Source: Nitrospiraceae bacterium | GTDB taxonomy: Bacteria; Nitrospirota; Nitrospiria; Nitrospirales; Nitrospiraceae | Assembly: GCA_035457905.1 (NCBI GenBank) | Contig: DATIAT010000032.1 | Location: 10,945-74,944 of the forward strand | DNA: 64,000 nt | Direction of reading: 5' to 3' | Shown: in pieces, positions 25,564 to 35,104 of the stretch | Position numbering within the stretch: the stretch's first letter is position 1 | How the letters are laid out: each line of letters begins with the position of its first letter | Notes under the pieces: generated by a model | The model's input: only the letters and a program-made list of their open reading frames with translations | The model's database searches: none | What the model was told of the DNA's origin: nothing | Program-made: the position numbers and the translations under genes

Positions 25564-28388
25564 TATCGCTGGTCTGCTGCTTCGTAGGCCTCTTGAATCA
25601 GTTGAGCCACGTGTTTGACCTCCGCTGTGCCCCGCAGTCCCGTGTTCAGTTGAATCATACAAGCCGGGCAACTCGTAGCCACAACTTTTGCGCCGCTCTG
25701 TTCGACGGCCCGCCGTTTTCGCTCGACGATGCGCTGCGACGTTCCAAAATCCTTCACAAGATAGGTCCCGGCTCCACCCGCGCAGCGATCCGCATCCGGC
25801 ATTTCGACATACTCAATACCCGGCAAGCCAGCCAAAATTGCGCGCGGCTCCTTCGTGACTCCCGCGGCTCGCAAATGGCATGAAGAATGATAGGCGACCT
25901 TGCATTTCGTCGGCTGCGTGCTAGCCATGGCGGGTTTCACCGATGATTGTGCGACAAACTCCGAAATATGTGTCACTCGCTGGGCCAGGGCTTTGGCTTC
26001 TGCTAGCTCCGGGTCACCGGAAAACAACGCAGGGTAGTCCTTCAGCATGAGGGTGCAGGAGGCACAGCCGGTTACCACCCTGTCGTATCCTGCCATGGCG
26101 GCAAGATTAATCCGCGCCCCTTCTTTGGCCAGCGCGCGATGCCCGTAGGTTTCGATCGGCGTCCCTGAGCAGCGTTGCGGCGGCAGGTCCGGTTCGATCC
26201 CGTGTTTTCGCAGCACGGCGATGACAGCATCCCCCACCCCGTCGTCGAAGTAGTTAGCCGCACAGCCATGGAAATAGGCTACCGGTGAACGGGCAGCTTG
26301 TCCGTCCTGGAGAACCAGTTCGGGATAACGGTCACGGAGATGTCTCTGCGCCAGTCGAGGCATCACAAGCTGTGGCGACAAGCTCGCCGTCTCAGCAAGA
26401 CCACGCATGAAGGGCTTCGTGAGATGGTAGATCAGACGACGCATCAGCGGACGATCCCACATCGGCTGATACTTCGCTAGAAACTTTAAGAACCGATCAA
26501 ACTTGACTGATTGTGCATGGAAACGAAATATTGTTCCAGCCATTTCGTTCGGATGCTCGGCGCGCCGATCCAGAATGAGCTGAGACACATCGACTCCGGC
26601 AGGACAGGCTGTACGGCAGGATTTGCAATTGAGACAGGCTTCTACGACTCGCTTCGAATTAAGATAGCTATAATTCTTATCGGTGACGATCTCAAACCAC
26701 CCACGGGAGCTCATGTCTTCGGACTGGAAGACATCGTAGACCGGGCACACCGCGTTACATTTGGCGCAGGTCGCACAGGGTTTCGACAATCGCAGATAAT
26801 CGATATGGTCCGTGAAGGGCCGGTCGCTAATCTTGATACCGGGGTTGAGCACCCCCGAGGGATCAAAGCTTCTTTTCACACGGACAAACAGGTCGTATAA
26901 CTCCGCACCGAACATCGTCTTCACGTACTCGGCACGCACACGGCCATCCCCATGCTCTCCGCAGATCGAACCGCCGAAACGACTCAAGACCGTCTGGTGG
27001 ATCTCGTGATAGCCTTCCACCATCTTCTGAAAATCTTCCTGGTCATTCACGTCGAGCAATGGAATGATGTGCGCGTTCCCGTTTCCGATATGTCCGAAAA
27101 TTGCAACCGGGAGGCGTTGTCCGGCGAAAAATTCCCCCAGATAACGGATGAGTTCACCGATCCGTTCAGCCGGCACAACCACGTCGTCAACGAAGTTGAT
27201 GGGCTTTTTCCTGGGATCGAATCTATAGAGCGTGGGATAGAGGGCTTTGCGGGCCTTCCACAATTGCTCCCGCTGTTCAAGATTGAAGGCGATCACGGGA
27301 TCGGATGTGAGGCGATAGCGGCGACAGATCTCGGTCATCCGCACAGCCTGTGAGCGAAGATCGGCCACGGCCCCATTCTCATCCAACTCCATGAGGAGGG
27401 TAGCAGCCGCGTCCACTGGGATGGCATGCTTCGCCCTCCCGATCAGATCGAGCGTATTGGCATCCATCACTTCCAACGCGCTTGGATTGAGCTCCAACAG
27501 CCTCGGCACCGCTTCGCCCACATCATCCAAACGAAAGAAATGGATAAGTGCGGTCAGAGTCGCGCGAGGCTTTTCGACCAGCCGGATGGTTGCTTCACTG
27601 AACAGACCGAGGGTCCCCTCACTGCCGACGAAGAGTTTAGGGAGATCGAAACACCCCTGTGCCAACCCATCGGCAAGGCCGAAAAGGTTATAGCCGCAAC
27701 TGTTTTTGCTGACAGTCGGGCGTTTCTGCATGATCAACTGAGCGTGGTCTTGCAGCAGTGACCGCAACTCCCGAAGTTGCTTGTGCGTCTTCAACAGATC
27801 GGCAAAGTTTGGGTCGTCAAGTCCGTATGCCCTGGCATCCAGCCATTCACCTGATTGTAAGCACACACGGAGCGCCGCAACATTATCTTTGACGGCGCCG
27901 TATCGTAGCGTATGGGGGCCGGATGAGTTGTTCGCCAACATCCCTCCAAGCTTACACATGTCGCCGCTCGAGGGATCGGGGCCAAAGAGCAGCTCATCAC
28001 ATGCCAGCTGTCTGTTGAGTTCCGCCAGCACGATTCCCGGCTGCACCCGAGCCCAGCGTTCTTCTAGATTTAACTCCAAGACTCGATTCAGGCGCGAGAC
28101 ATCCAAAATGATCCCCGATCCGATCGCCGAACCGGTCAGATTTGTCCCGGCGGCACGAGGCGTCAACGGGACCCCATGCTGCACCGCATATCGCATCGTC
28201 GTTGCGATGTCCTCTTCGGATTCCACGAGCACAACCGCCCGAGGCGACATGCGATAGATGCTCGCATCCACCGCATACGCTGTAAGCGTCGAATAGTCGT
28301 CCTTAACCTTGTCGGCACCTATCGCGGCCCGGAGATCGGAAGCTATGGCGTGGGAGCGTTCAGGAAGAATAAGGGTTGGCGCGGTCAT
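25563..28388 (-). CDS. Fused FAD-linked oxidase plus Fe-S/CCG oxidoreductase (GlcD-GlcF-like; glycolate or D-lactate dehydrogenase type)
   Basis: 941 aa. N-terminal FAD_binding_4/FAD-oxidase_C pattern, two 4Fe-4S motifs (CATCAKCNAVCP, CLNCKSCRTACP), and two C-terminal Cys-rich CCG-type regions. Confidence 0.8.
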   Translation of the reverse strand: MTAPTLILPERSHAIASDLRAAIGADKVKDDYSTLTAYAVDASIYRMSPRAVVLVESEEDIATTMRYAVQHGVPLTPRAAGTNLTGSAIGSGIILDVSRLNRVLELNLEERWARVQPGIVLAELNRQLACDELLFGPDPSSGDMCKLGGMLANNSSGPHTLRYGAVKDNVAALRVCLQSGEWLDARAYGLDDPNFADLLKTHKQLRELRSLLQDHAQLIMQKRPTVSKNSCGYNLFGLADGLAQGCFDLPKLFVGSEGTLGLFSEATIRLVEKPRATLTALIHFFRLDDVGEAVPRLLELNPSALEVMDANTLDLIGRAKHAIPVDAAATLLMELDENGAVADLRSQAVRMTEICRRYRLTSDPVIAFNLEQREQLWKARKALYPTLYRFDPRKKPINFVDDVVVPAERIGELIRYLGEFFAGQRLPVAIFGHIGNGNAHIIPLLDVNDQEDFQKMVEGYHEIHQTVLSRFGGSICGEHGDGRVRAEYVKTMFGAELYDLFVRVKRSFDPSGVLNPGIKISDRPFTDHIDYLRLSKPCATCAKCNAVCPVYDVFQSEDMSSRGWFEIVTDKNYSYLNSKRVVEACLNCKSCRTACPAGVDVSQLILDRRAEHPNEMAGTIFRFHAQSVKFDRFLKFLAKYQPMWDRPLMRRLIYHLTKPFMRGLAETASLSPQLVMPRLAQRHLRDRYPELVLQDGQAARSPVAYFHGCAANYFDDGVGDAVIAVLRKHGIEPDLPPQRCSGTPIETYGHRALAKEGARINLAAMAGYDRVVTGCASCTLMLKDYPALFSGDPELAEAKALAQRVTHISEFVAQSSVKPAMASTQPTKCKVAYHSSCHLRAAGVTKEPRAILAGLPGIEYVEMPDADRCAGGAGTYLVKDFGTSQRIVERKRRAVEQSGAKVVATSCPACMIQLNTGLRGTAEVKHVAQLIQEAYEAADQR

Positions 28389-28436
28389 AATTGATTCAAT
28401 TCTTCATTTTAGACAGACTCTCGCAATCGGCACAAG

Positions 28437-28537
28437 TCTGGTTGATCTGGTTTATTTGGTTCACCTGGTTTGTTTCGTTCATTTCGTTCGCCCTGATTAA
28501 CTAAACAAACCAAATAGATCAAACCAACCAAATAACC
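28437..28537. repeat. 9-nt periodic hairpin repeat (full copy 4)
   Basis: tctggtt/gatctggtt/tatttggtt/cacctggtt/tgtttcgtt/catttcgtt/cg, core cctgattaa (28492-28500), then aaacaaaccaaatagatcaaaccaaccaaataacc. Confidence 0.85.
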
Positions 28538-28554
28538 GTCTTCTCAGGCTGGCG

Positions 28555-28583
28555 GCTTTTTTCAGCATCCTGCTAAGATGATG
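28555..28583. repeat. Solo right-end fragment of the MITE-like element
   Basis: caggctggcggcttttttcagcatcctgc matches the right termini at 22473-22501 and 29808-29830. Lies 20 nt upstream of the reductase start codon. Confidence 0.6.
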
Positions 28584-28602
28584 TGATTCACATAGAGGGG
28601 CA

Positions 28603-29574
28603 GTGCCTGTGACCGACATGCGTCCTACTTTGTATCTCTCACGGCTTCTGCCCAATTCTATCATGACCATGGTGCGGGAGCGGTTCTGGTTGGTGCAGGA
28701 TCCTCATGATGCATTGCCCACTCCGTCGGCCCTTCGAGCGGGGCTCTGCCAAGCAGAAGCCGCAATCGTAACTTTAGGCGACCGAATCGATGCTGAGACC
28801 ATTCATGCGGCCAAGCGACTTAAAATTCTGGCAAACTATGCGGTCGGGCACAACAATATCGACCTTGCTGCCGCTCGCCAACGTGGCCTGATCGTCACGA
28901 ATACTCCGGACGTTCTGACGGACGCTACTGCAGATCTCACCTGGGCTTTGCTCCTCGCAACGGCACGCCGTATCGTCGAAGGGGATGGCCTTGCTCGATC
29001 CGGTCGTTGGACTGGCTGGAGTCCCACGCAGCTCTTGGGAGCGGACGTCTCCGGCAAGACTCTGGGGATTATCGGCATGGGACGGATCGGGCAAGCAGTG
29101 GCCCGCCGCGCCGCAGGATTTCGCATGCCGGTGCGCTATCACACAAGGCAGCCCTTAAAGACCGCCTCTCTCCCTCGTGAGTGGGAGTACCGGTCACTGG
29201 ACGATCTCCTCGCCGAGGCCGATATCCTGACGATTCATGCGCCTCTTACCCCGGTTACCCACCACTTGATCGGTGCGCGCGAATTGGCCCGGATGCGCCC
29301 TACTGCTTTTCTCATCAATACGGCACGAGGCCCGATCGTCGATGAAAACGCTCTGGCCGATGCCCTTACAACAGGTACCATCGCAGGCGCAGGGCTTGAC
29401 GTCTATGAACAGGAACCGGCCATCCATCCGGCGCTGGTGCAGTTGAGACAAGTGGTCCTACTCCCGCACTTGGGCTCCGCCACGCTGCATGCGAGGGTTC
29501 AGATGGGGCTGATCTGCCTGGAGAATATTCAAGCCGTGCTGGCCGGACATCCGGCCCCAAACGAAGTTCACTAG
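28603..29574 (+). CDS. D-isomer-specific 2-hydroxyacid dehydrogenase (glyoxylate/hydroxypyruvate reductase-like)
   Basis: 323 aa (GTG start; alternative ATG at 28618). NAD fold GIIGMGRIGQAVARR, plus INTARG and the catalytic pattern LLPHLGSAT. Confidence 0.85.
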   Translation: MPVTDMRPTLYLSRLLPNSIMTMVRERFWLVQDPHDALPTPSALRAGLCQAEAAIVTLGDRIDAETIHAAKRLKILANYAVGHNNIDLAAARQRGLIVTNTPDVLTDATADLTWALLLATARRIVEGDGLARSGRWTGWSPTQLLGADVSGKTLGIIGMGRIGQAVARRAAGFRMPVRYHTRQPLKTASLPREWEYRSLDDLLAEADILTIHAPLTPVTHHLIGARELARMRPTAFLINTARGPIVDENALADALTTGTIAGAGLDVYEQEPAIHPALVQLRQVVLLPHLGSATLHARVQMGLICLENIQAVLAGHPAPNEVH

Positions 29575-29622
29575 CAAGATGCTGCAGAAGAATGTGCAAG
29601 ACGGGAGGGGAATACCTGGCAC

Positions 29623-29830
29623 GATGCTCAAAAAGTTCGTCCAGCAAGGCGCAGACGAAGAAAGCACCGGAGACGCAGCTTTCTCACCCACCCGCCCCGA
29701 ACTGCTAGCGCAGTTCTGTCCCGATGGGCTACGTTGAAGATGTTTTCAAGGCGAGAACGAAGCATGGGAAGAGGCGCGTCTTGGCGCGCCAGGGCTGGGT
29801 GGGTGAGAAAGCACTTTTTCAGCATCCTGC
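29623..29830. repeat. ~208-bp imperfect-palindrome MITE-like element (copy D)
   Basis: Terminal inverted repeats gatgctcaaaaagt (29623-29636) and actttttcagcatc (29813-29826). Inner arms gcagctttctcacccacccgccc / gggctgggtgggtgagaaagc. Central palindrome gaactgc-tag-cgcagttc. Lies between convergent genes, flush with the TPR gene stop. Confidence 0.8.
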
Positions 29831-29831
29831 T

Positions 29832-32090
29832 CTAGTTTCCGTAGCGGAACGCCGGAGCGGGCTCAGCCGAGGCTCTGTGCAAGCGGATTGACTCGAGGCG
29901 CTGCGGTACGTCGTGAAAGGTCGGAATAGATTCGAAGGTTGCGGCAGCCTGGCTCCACTGCTCCTGGACTTCGTAGAGTAAACCGAGTTCATAACGAATT
30001 GCTTGCGCCTTGGCCCCTTGACACTTCGGATCCTGCAGAAGCAATTCGAGTTGGGAGCTCGCTGACTGACATTCTCCCTGTTCTTTCAAACAGACCGCGA
30101 GCATGAGACAGGAGTCTGAAAAAAATTCGTGGCTCTTCATCGCGAGAGAAAATTCCTCCTTCGCCTCATCCAGCAATCCCATGTTCTTGTAGGCCACTCC
30201 CAAGGTATAGTGCGTCTCCGGTTCTATCCCGTTCTCAGGCTGAGCAGAACCCACCGACCCGGCTGCCGGTGCTGACGCCTTCGCCTTCGGCGAAAACGTC
30301 GCAGCCCATTTGGCAACCAGCGGACTGGCGGGGGCGAGTTCTTTGACTTTCGCATAGAGATCCGCCGGCTGGGTCGGACACGCATTGTTCGGGGAGGTGA
30401 GGAGCAATTCGAGGGCGCGAGAATATTGCACAGCTGCGCCGGCGGTGTCGCCTTTGGCCTCAAGCAAAGTGCCAAAAAAGTATCGGGCCTCTGCATCACT
30501 GGGTTGCGCTGTTACCAAGCCGCTAAGCCATGCTTCCGCCTTAGCTTGTTGGCCGGCTTTCACAAAAGCCTGAAACTGCTCACCGGTGGAGAGGGAATCA
30601 ACCGGTCCCGTCGTGTGAGACAACGCCCCGCTTTGCTCGTCCGGTTCGGCATTCGACAACGAGAATGTATGACCAGACACAGCCGGCTCCGGTTCTGCCG
30701 AGTGGGATGGATCCGATTGGACTTGCGCAGGTGTTTGTTTTGCCGGTGAATTCTGTTGATCCTGCGGCTCGGTGGTTTTGAATTTTCCAGACCAAGGATC
30801 ATCCGGCGTCGTTCCAGTCCATGAAACATCGGGCAAATCCTGCGGAGAAGAAGTGCGCGGGCCGGCCATCGCCGGAGACGCCTCACCGAGGCTCTCGCCT
30901 TTCATCAACGCAGAGATTTTTACGACAGCGGGACTATCCGGAGCAAGCGATTTGATCTTCTCAAACAGCTCTTCGTGAAGAGTAGGCATGCCGGGCTCCG
31001 GATGTTTGAGCAACAGCTCAATCGCCTTTCCATACTGCAGCACTGCGTTGTCGGTATCGCCCTTCTCCTCGTACAGTTCTCCATAGAGTTCAAGGATCGC
31101 GACTGACTGAGGTTCAACCGCTAAAAATTCGGTAATCAGCGATTCAGCCTTCGCATAGTCTTGTGCCCGCAAGGCGGCCCCCGCGAGGTAGCGATATTCG
31201 CCGAACGCCACGTGAAGATCTCCGCGTTTCAGATGCAACTTTGCGAGTAATTGACAGACCTCCGGATTGCCGGGCTCTTTGGTCAGCAATTGATTGAGGA
31301 TCGCCTCCGCCCCGGCAAACTGCTTTTCTTCAATACGACGGGTGGCTTCAGACAGGAGATTGGGTGGGTCGGCACTCTTGATCGGAGTACCCGTCACGCC
31401 GGTTCCTGTCTTGACGGCGCGACCGGGATTTCCTCCGGTCTTTTTGAAATGCTCGATGAACTGAGCGGCCTCGTTATTAGCAGGATCAATCCGCAGAACG
31501 CCCTGGTACGCTTCCATGGCCTCAGCATAGCGTTGTTGCGCCGACCGCTCCCGCCCCAACTGTAGATAGACCTTCGTGGCTTCATCCTGCATGTTTTCTT
31601 GCAGGCACAATTCCGCCACTCGCTGTTGGGCATCCAGGTTCGACGGGTCCTGACTGACAATCTTCTTGTAGATGTCCAGCGCTTCTTTACTTTTTCCCGC
31701 TTTGAGGTAATGTTTCCCCAGTGTGAGATAATCTTGGACCGCGCTGCTCAGCAGCCCGCGTTCGGCATTGAGATCTCCCAGGTGCCGGAACACGTCGTAC
31801 CGTGAGGGATCGAGCTTCAATATTTTCTTGAATGTGGCTATCGCCTTGAGCGTGGCCCCTTCGGCACGGAAGGCGTTGGCCGCCTGCAAAAATGCCGCGA
31901 CGGCATCGTTAGTGGCCTGGCGTTTGAGGTGTAACTCCCCGATTGAATTGAAGATACTCCCATCGCCCGGCGACTCGACGGCGAGCCTCTTCCATTCATT
32001 GATGGCAGCGTCGAACTGGCCCCGTGACGCAAACAGCTGCGCGCTATGCAACACGCTCCCGCGGTCGATCCCCAAGTCAAACCTCCACAA
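29832..32090 (-). CDS. TPR-repeat protein with a central low-complexity linker
   Basis: 752 aa. Many 34-residue A/Y/L-patterned repeats (e.g. AIATFKKILKLDPSRYDVFRHLGDLN) and a central P/S/Q-rich stretch. Confidence 0.8.
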   Translation of the reverse strand: MWRFDLGIDRGSVLHSAQLFASRGQFDAAINEWKRLAVESPGDGSIFNSIGELHLKRQATNDAVAAFLQAANAFRAEGATLKAIATFKKILKLDPSRYDVFRHLGDLNAERGLLSSAVQDYLTLGKHYLKAGKSKEALDIYKKIVSQDPSNLDAQQRVAELCLQENMQDEATKVYLQLGRERSAQQRYAEAMEAYQGVLRIDPANNEAAQFIEHFKKTGGNPGRAVKTGTGVTGTPIKSADPPNLLSEATRRIEEKQFAGAEAILNQLLTKEPGNPEVCQLLAKLHLKRGDLHVAFGEYRYLAGAALRAQDYAKAESLITEFLAVEPQSVAILELYGELYEEKGDTDNAVLQYGKAIELLLKHPEPGMPTLHEELFEKIKSLAPDSPAVVKISALMKGESLGEASPAMAGPRTSSPQDLPDVSWTGTTPDDPWSGKFKTTEPQDQQNSPAKQTPAQVQSDPSHSAEPEPAVSGHTFSLSNAEPDEQSGALSHTTGPVDSLSTGEQFQAFVKAGQQAKAEAWLSGLVTAQPSDAEARYFFGTLLEAKGDTAGAAVQYSRALELLLTSPNNACPTQPADLYAKVKELAPASPLVAKWAATFSPKAKASAPAAGSVGSAQPENGIEPETHYTLGVAYKNMGLLDEAKEEFSLAMKSHEFFSDSCLMLAVCLKEQGECQSASSQLELLLQDPKCQGAKAQAIRYELGLLYEVQEQWSQAAATFESIPTFHDVPQRLESIRLHRASAEPAPAFRYGN

Positions 32091-32170
32091 CGATCAAACG
32101 CTAACAGTGTCGATAGATGTTGTCAATGAAATGGGGCATTTGGTTGGGAGCGTACTCGTTGAAAATACGA

Positions 32171-32199
32171 AGGCCTGCCTCAACACGAAAGGCAGGCCT
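32171..32199 (-). terminator. Intrinsic terminator downstream of the cold-shock gene
   Basis: Perfect 10-bp stem aggcctgcct (32171-32180) / aggcaggcct (32190-32199). On the minus strand it is followed by tcgTATTTTc. Confidence 0.55.
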
Positions 32200-32229
32200 C
32201 TCTGTGACACAATCCGGCAGATTGCGAAC

Positions 32230-32448
32230 TCAAGACTCAGCGGCAGCCGTCTTCAAGACGTTCGAAGCCTGCGGCCCCTTTGCTCCTTGCACAACTTCGA
32301 ACTCGACATTCTCTCCTTCTTTCAATGTTTTGAATCCTTCTCCTTGCAGCGCGGAATAATGCACGAAGACATCATCTCCGCTTTCAAGGCGAATGAATCC
32401 GAATCCCTTCCGATCGTTGAACCATTTAACTGTGCCTTTTGTCTTCAC
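32230..32448 (-). CDS. cspA: Cold-shock protein (CspA family)
   Basis: 72 aa. [15 protein letters not shown] (RNP1) and VFVHYSAL (RNP2). GTG start with GGAAAGGAG upstream. Confidence 0.93.
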   Translation of the reverse strand: MKTKGTVKWFNDRKGFGFIRLESGDDVFVHYSALQGEGFKTLKEGENVEFEVVQGAKGPQASNVLKTAAAES

Positions 32449-32743
32449 AAAACACTCCTTTCCTCAATGGTCACGGTTAGTTACGTGACCCGTCGCGAAA
32501 CCCGGGTGGCAATATACCTGTATGAAGAGAAAAAGACAGGAAGAAACGCCGGTTGGATTGACGGGTTCATTAGAGAGACAACATCGATCACGAAACCCAT
32601 CTCATGTCAAGTTGCGCAGCATGTACCATGGTGTTTCAAATGTTGTCAAGCCATTCTTTCGCCATAGATCCGCCGACTGTAAGGTAGACAACCCTAATCC
32701 GGTCGCCTATAGTGTCGCACGGGCGAGGAGCGCGATTGTTCGA

Positions 32744-33838
32744 ATGTTTCTACGAACGCTGCTAGATCGTTATATCTTCACCGAACTTCTTTCTCCCTTC
32801 AGTGTCAGCCTTGGAGCGCTGTGTTTTGTGATGTTCACGCGAGAACTCTTGCGCTTGGTAGAACTGCTGGTCTCCAAAGGTGTAGGGATCGGGGCGGTCC
32901 TGCAAGTCTTCGTTCATCTCATGCCGTCGTTTCTCGTATTGACACTCCCAATCGCCGGGATCATCGCCTCGATCACGGCTTTCGGACGATTGTCTTTCGA
33001 TAAAGAATTGGTGGCGATGCAGACGGCGGGCCTGAGCCTCTTGCGATTGGCTCGTCCCGTGCTGCTCTTTGCCGTGCTCGTGTTCGTGCTGACCTTGTGG
33101 TTGGCGCAGTGGGGACAACCCTGGAGCACCACAAATCTGAAAAAAGTAGCGCTGAATCTCCTTCGAGATCAGCTGGTACTCGCGCTGGAGCGAGGCACGT
33201 TTAACGAACCTGTCCCCAAAATAATGATCTATGTGCCGGATGGGAAAAACCCCGAACAGACCACGACCGGGATCTTCGTTTCCGATGAGCGGAGTGCCGA
33301 TAACCCCCGCGTTATCGTGGCGCAGCAGTATGAAGTCGTCATGGATACCTCTGCCGATCAGGTTGCCTTGCGTCTGCAACATGGAGTGATTCACAGCCGG
33401 CCCAAACAGTCAGATCAATACGATTACGTATCCTTCGCCAGTTACGATCTGAAGCTTCCTCTCGAGCAAAGCGGTTATTCGGCCCCAGACGAACGCCCAT
33501 CGTACGACGCCATTATCGCTCAGCTTGCACAATCCCAGTGGCGCGATCCGGGCGCACTCCGCCGCTTGATGGAGTATTACAAAGATCTGGCCTTTCCAAC
33601 TGCTTCGTTGGTATTTTGCTTACTGGGAATCCCTGTCGGTATTGCCTCAAAACGGTCCGGTCGCATAGGTGGATTCGCGGTCGGTGTGCTGGTCATCATC
33701 GTATACTACGTGCTGAACGTTGCATGTGAATTCCTGGTCATGACGGCAAGCCTGCCGCCTCTCGCCGGGGCCTGGATGCCCAACGGCATGTTCGTTCTTA
33801 TTACGGTCGTGTGGTTTTATATCACGAGTCGCCGGTAA
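32744..33838 (+). CDS. lptF: LPS export ABC transporter permease LptF (YjgP/YjgQ family)
   Basis: Internal ATG gives MFLRTLLDRYIFTELLSPF, a typical LptF N-terminus, with 6 TM segments and a periplasmic beta-jellyroll insert. The ORF-track start at 32522 is unlikely. Confidence 0.8.
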   Translation: MFLRTLLDRYIFTELLSPFSVSLGALCFVMFTRELLRLVELLVSKGVGIGAVLQVFVHLMPSFLVLTLPIAGIIASITAFGRLSFDKELVAMQTAGLSLLRLARPVLLFAVLVFVLTLWLAQWGQPWSTTNLKKVALNLLRDQLVLALERGTFNEPVPKIMIYVPDGKNPEQTTTGIFVSDERSADNPRVIVAQQYEVVMDTSADQVALRLQHGVIHSRPKQSDQYDYVSFASYDLKLPLEQSGYSAPDERPSYDAIIAQLAQSQWRDPGALRRLMEYYKDLAFPTASLVFCLLGIPVGIASKRSGRIGGFAVGVLVIIVYYVLNVACEFLVMTASLPPLAGAWMPNGMFVLITVVWFYITSRR

Positions 33839-33842
33839 CCCC

Positions 33843-34934
33843 ATGCCCATCCTTTTCCGCTATCTCCTTCGCGAGTACAGTAAAATTTTCATGATGTGTT
33901 TCAGCGGGCTGATGACGATTTATCTTGTCATCGACTTTTTCGAAAAGGTGCGCCGTTTCTTACGTTACGATGCGGCGTGGCTCGATGTGACGACATATTT
34001 TCTTCTCAAGGTTCCCGCCATTTCCTTCCAAATTGCGCCGCTGGCCATTTTGATGGCCACACTGTTGACGTTCGGATTGCTCTCCCGCGGCCATGAAATC
34101 ACGGCCATCCGAAGCTGTGGTATCAGTTTACTATGGATTACCTCCCCTTTTATCGCCTTCGCTGCAGGAATTACCCTTGTCCTCTTGCTCTTCAGTTCCA
34201 CGATCATCCCATTGGCCGCGAGCAAGTCAGAAGAAATACGAACGACACGTATCGAAAAAAAACCTCCTGCAGCAGCCGTCAAACTCAAGCAGCCTTGGAC
34301 AAGGGTAAGCGCCGACCACCTCATGCATGTCACGGGCGTCTCGGTCGGTGGGAACCTCTTAGGCGGTATCCGTCTCTTTCGATTCGATGACGATTTTCAT
34401 CTTGCGGAGGTGACTGAAGCCGAGGAGGCCCGCTATAGCGACTCCACATGGACGCTGTACGAGGGGCAGCGTAGGCGTTTTTCTTCGGACGGACTGGTTG
34501 CGACTACCGTCTTCGAGCGCCAAGCGATCCCATTGGCCCTCATTCCCGATGACTTTACCACTTGGCTTGCGGGCGACTCCGAATTGATGACCTTCCATGA
34601 TATCCGTGCATACGCCAGGCGCCGGCACCAGGAAGGATCCCAGGTGGCACGGCTCACAACAGACTATCACAGCAGAATCGCGTTCCCCTTCGTCACTGTA
34701 GTAATGGTCCTAGTCGGTATCACACTGAGTCTGCGCCGGACTGAAACCAGGGGCGGCAGCATGGCGATGGGAATCGGGCAAGCGCTTGTCGTCGGGTTTT
34801 GCTATTGGATGACCAATTCCTTAGCAATCGCACTCGGCCGAGGCGGAGCGATGACGCCCGTGATCGCAGCATGGATAGCCAATAGTCTCTTTCTGAGTTT
34901 TAGTCTTTATATGATGGCTAAGGTGCGGTATTAA
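33843..34934 (+). CDS. lptG: LPS export ABC transporter permease LptG
   Basis: 363 aa. MPILFRYLLREYSKIF..., YjgP/YjgQ topology. Starts 4 nt after lptF. Confidence 0.8.
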   Translation: MPILFRYLLREYSKIFMMCFSGLMTIYLVIDFFEKVRRFLRYDAAWLDVTTYFLLKVPAISFQIAPLAILMATLLTFGLLSRGHEITAIRSCGISLLWITSPFIAFAAGITLVLLLFSSTIIPLAASKSEEIRTTRIEKKPPAAAVKLKQPWTRVSADHLMHVTGVSVGGNLLGGIRLFRFDDDFHLAEVTEAEEARYSDSTWTLYEGQRRRFSSDGLVATTVFERQAIPLALIPDDFTTWLAGDSELMTFHDIRAYARRRHQEGSQVARLTTDYHSRIAFPFVTVVMVLVGITLSLRRTETRGGSMAMGIGQALVVGFCYWMTNSLAIALGRGGAMTPVIAAWIANSLFLSFSLYMMAKVRY

Positions 34935-34994
34935 GCGCCGCGCGACGGGCGAAACTACCAAGAAAAGCGCGACGTGGACAGGTGCATTCCCACC

Positions 34995-35030
34995 GGATCT
35001 CGCTTATCCCGCTTGTCTCGCCTGTCTCGC
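34995..35030. repeat. Four tandem 9-nt units (ggatctcgc/ttatcccgc/ttgtctcgc/ctgtctcgc), a diverged relative of the TGGTT repeat
   Basis: Exact 9-nt periodicity seen directly. The units resemble ttatttcgt-type units of the main family with T-to-C changes. No inverted arm. Confidence 0.6.
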
Positions 35031-35104
35031 GCGATGAAAAGTTGACTGATTGCGGCGCTTCGGGTAAGTAGTGACCAGAGCCTCCTTGAAAGGATTTGAG
35101 AAGG

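Noticed and set aside
29614-29630. Sigma-54-like TGGCAC motifs (cctggcacgatgctca at ~29614, ctggcacgccaagacg at ~20326, and tggcgccatcagca upstream of the cluster-1 REC gene on the minus strand near 50905).
   Set aside because: None has the TTGC(A/T) element at the required spacing (GG-N10-GC). Two of the three lie inside repeat elements.
29628-29825. 65-aa ORF MLKKCFLTHPALARQDAP... and the analogous ORFs across 22064-22384 and 20258-20452.
   Set aside because: They lie entirely within the palindromic MITE-like elements. The reading frame is not conserved between copies, and there is no RBS or domain.
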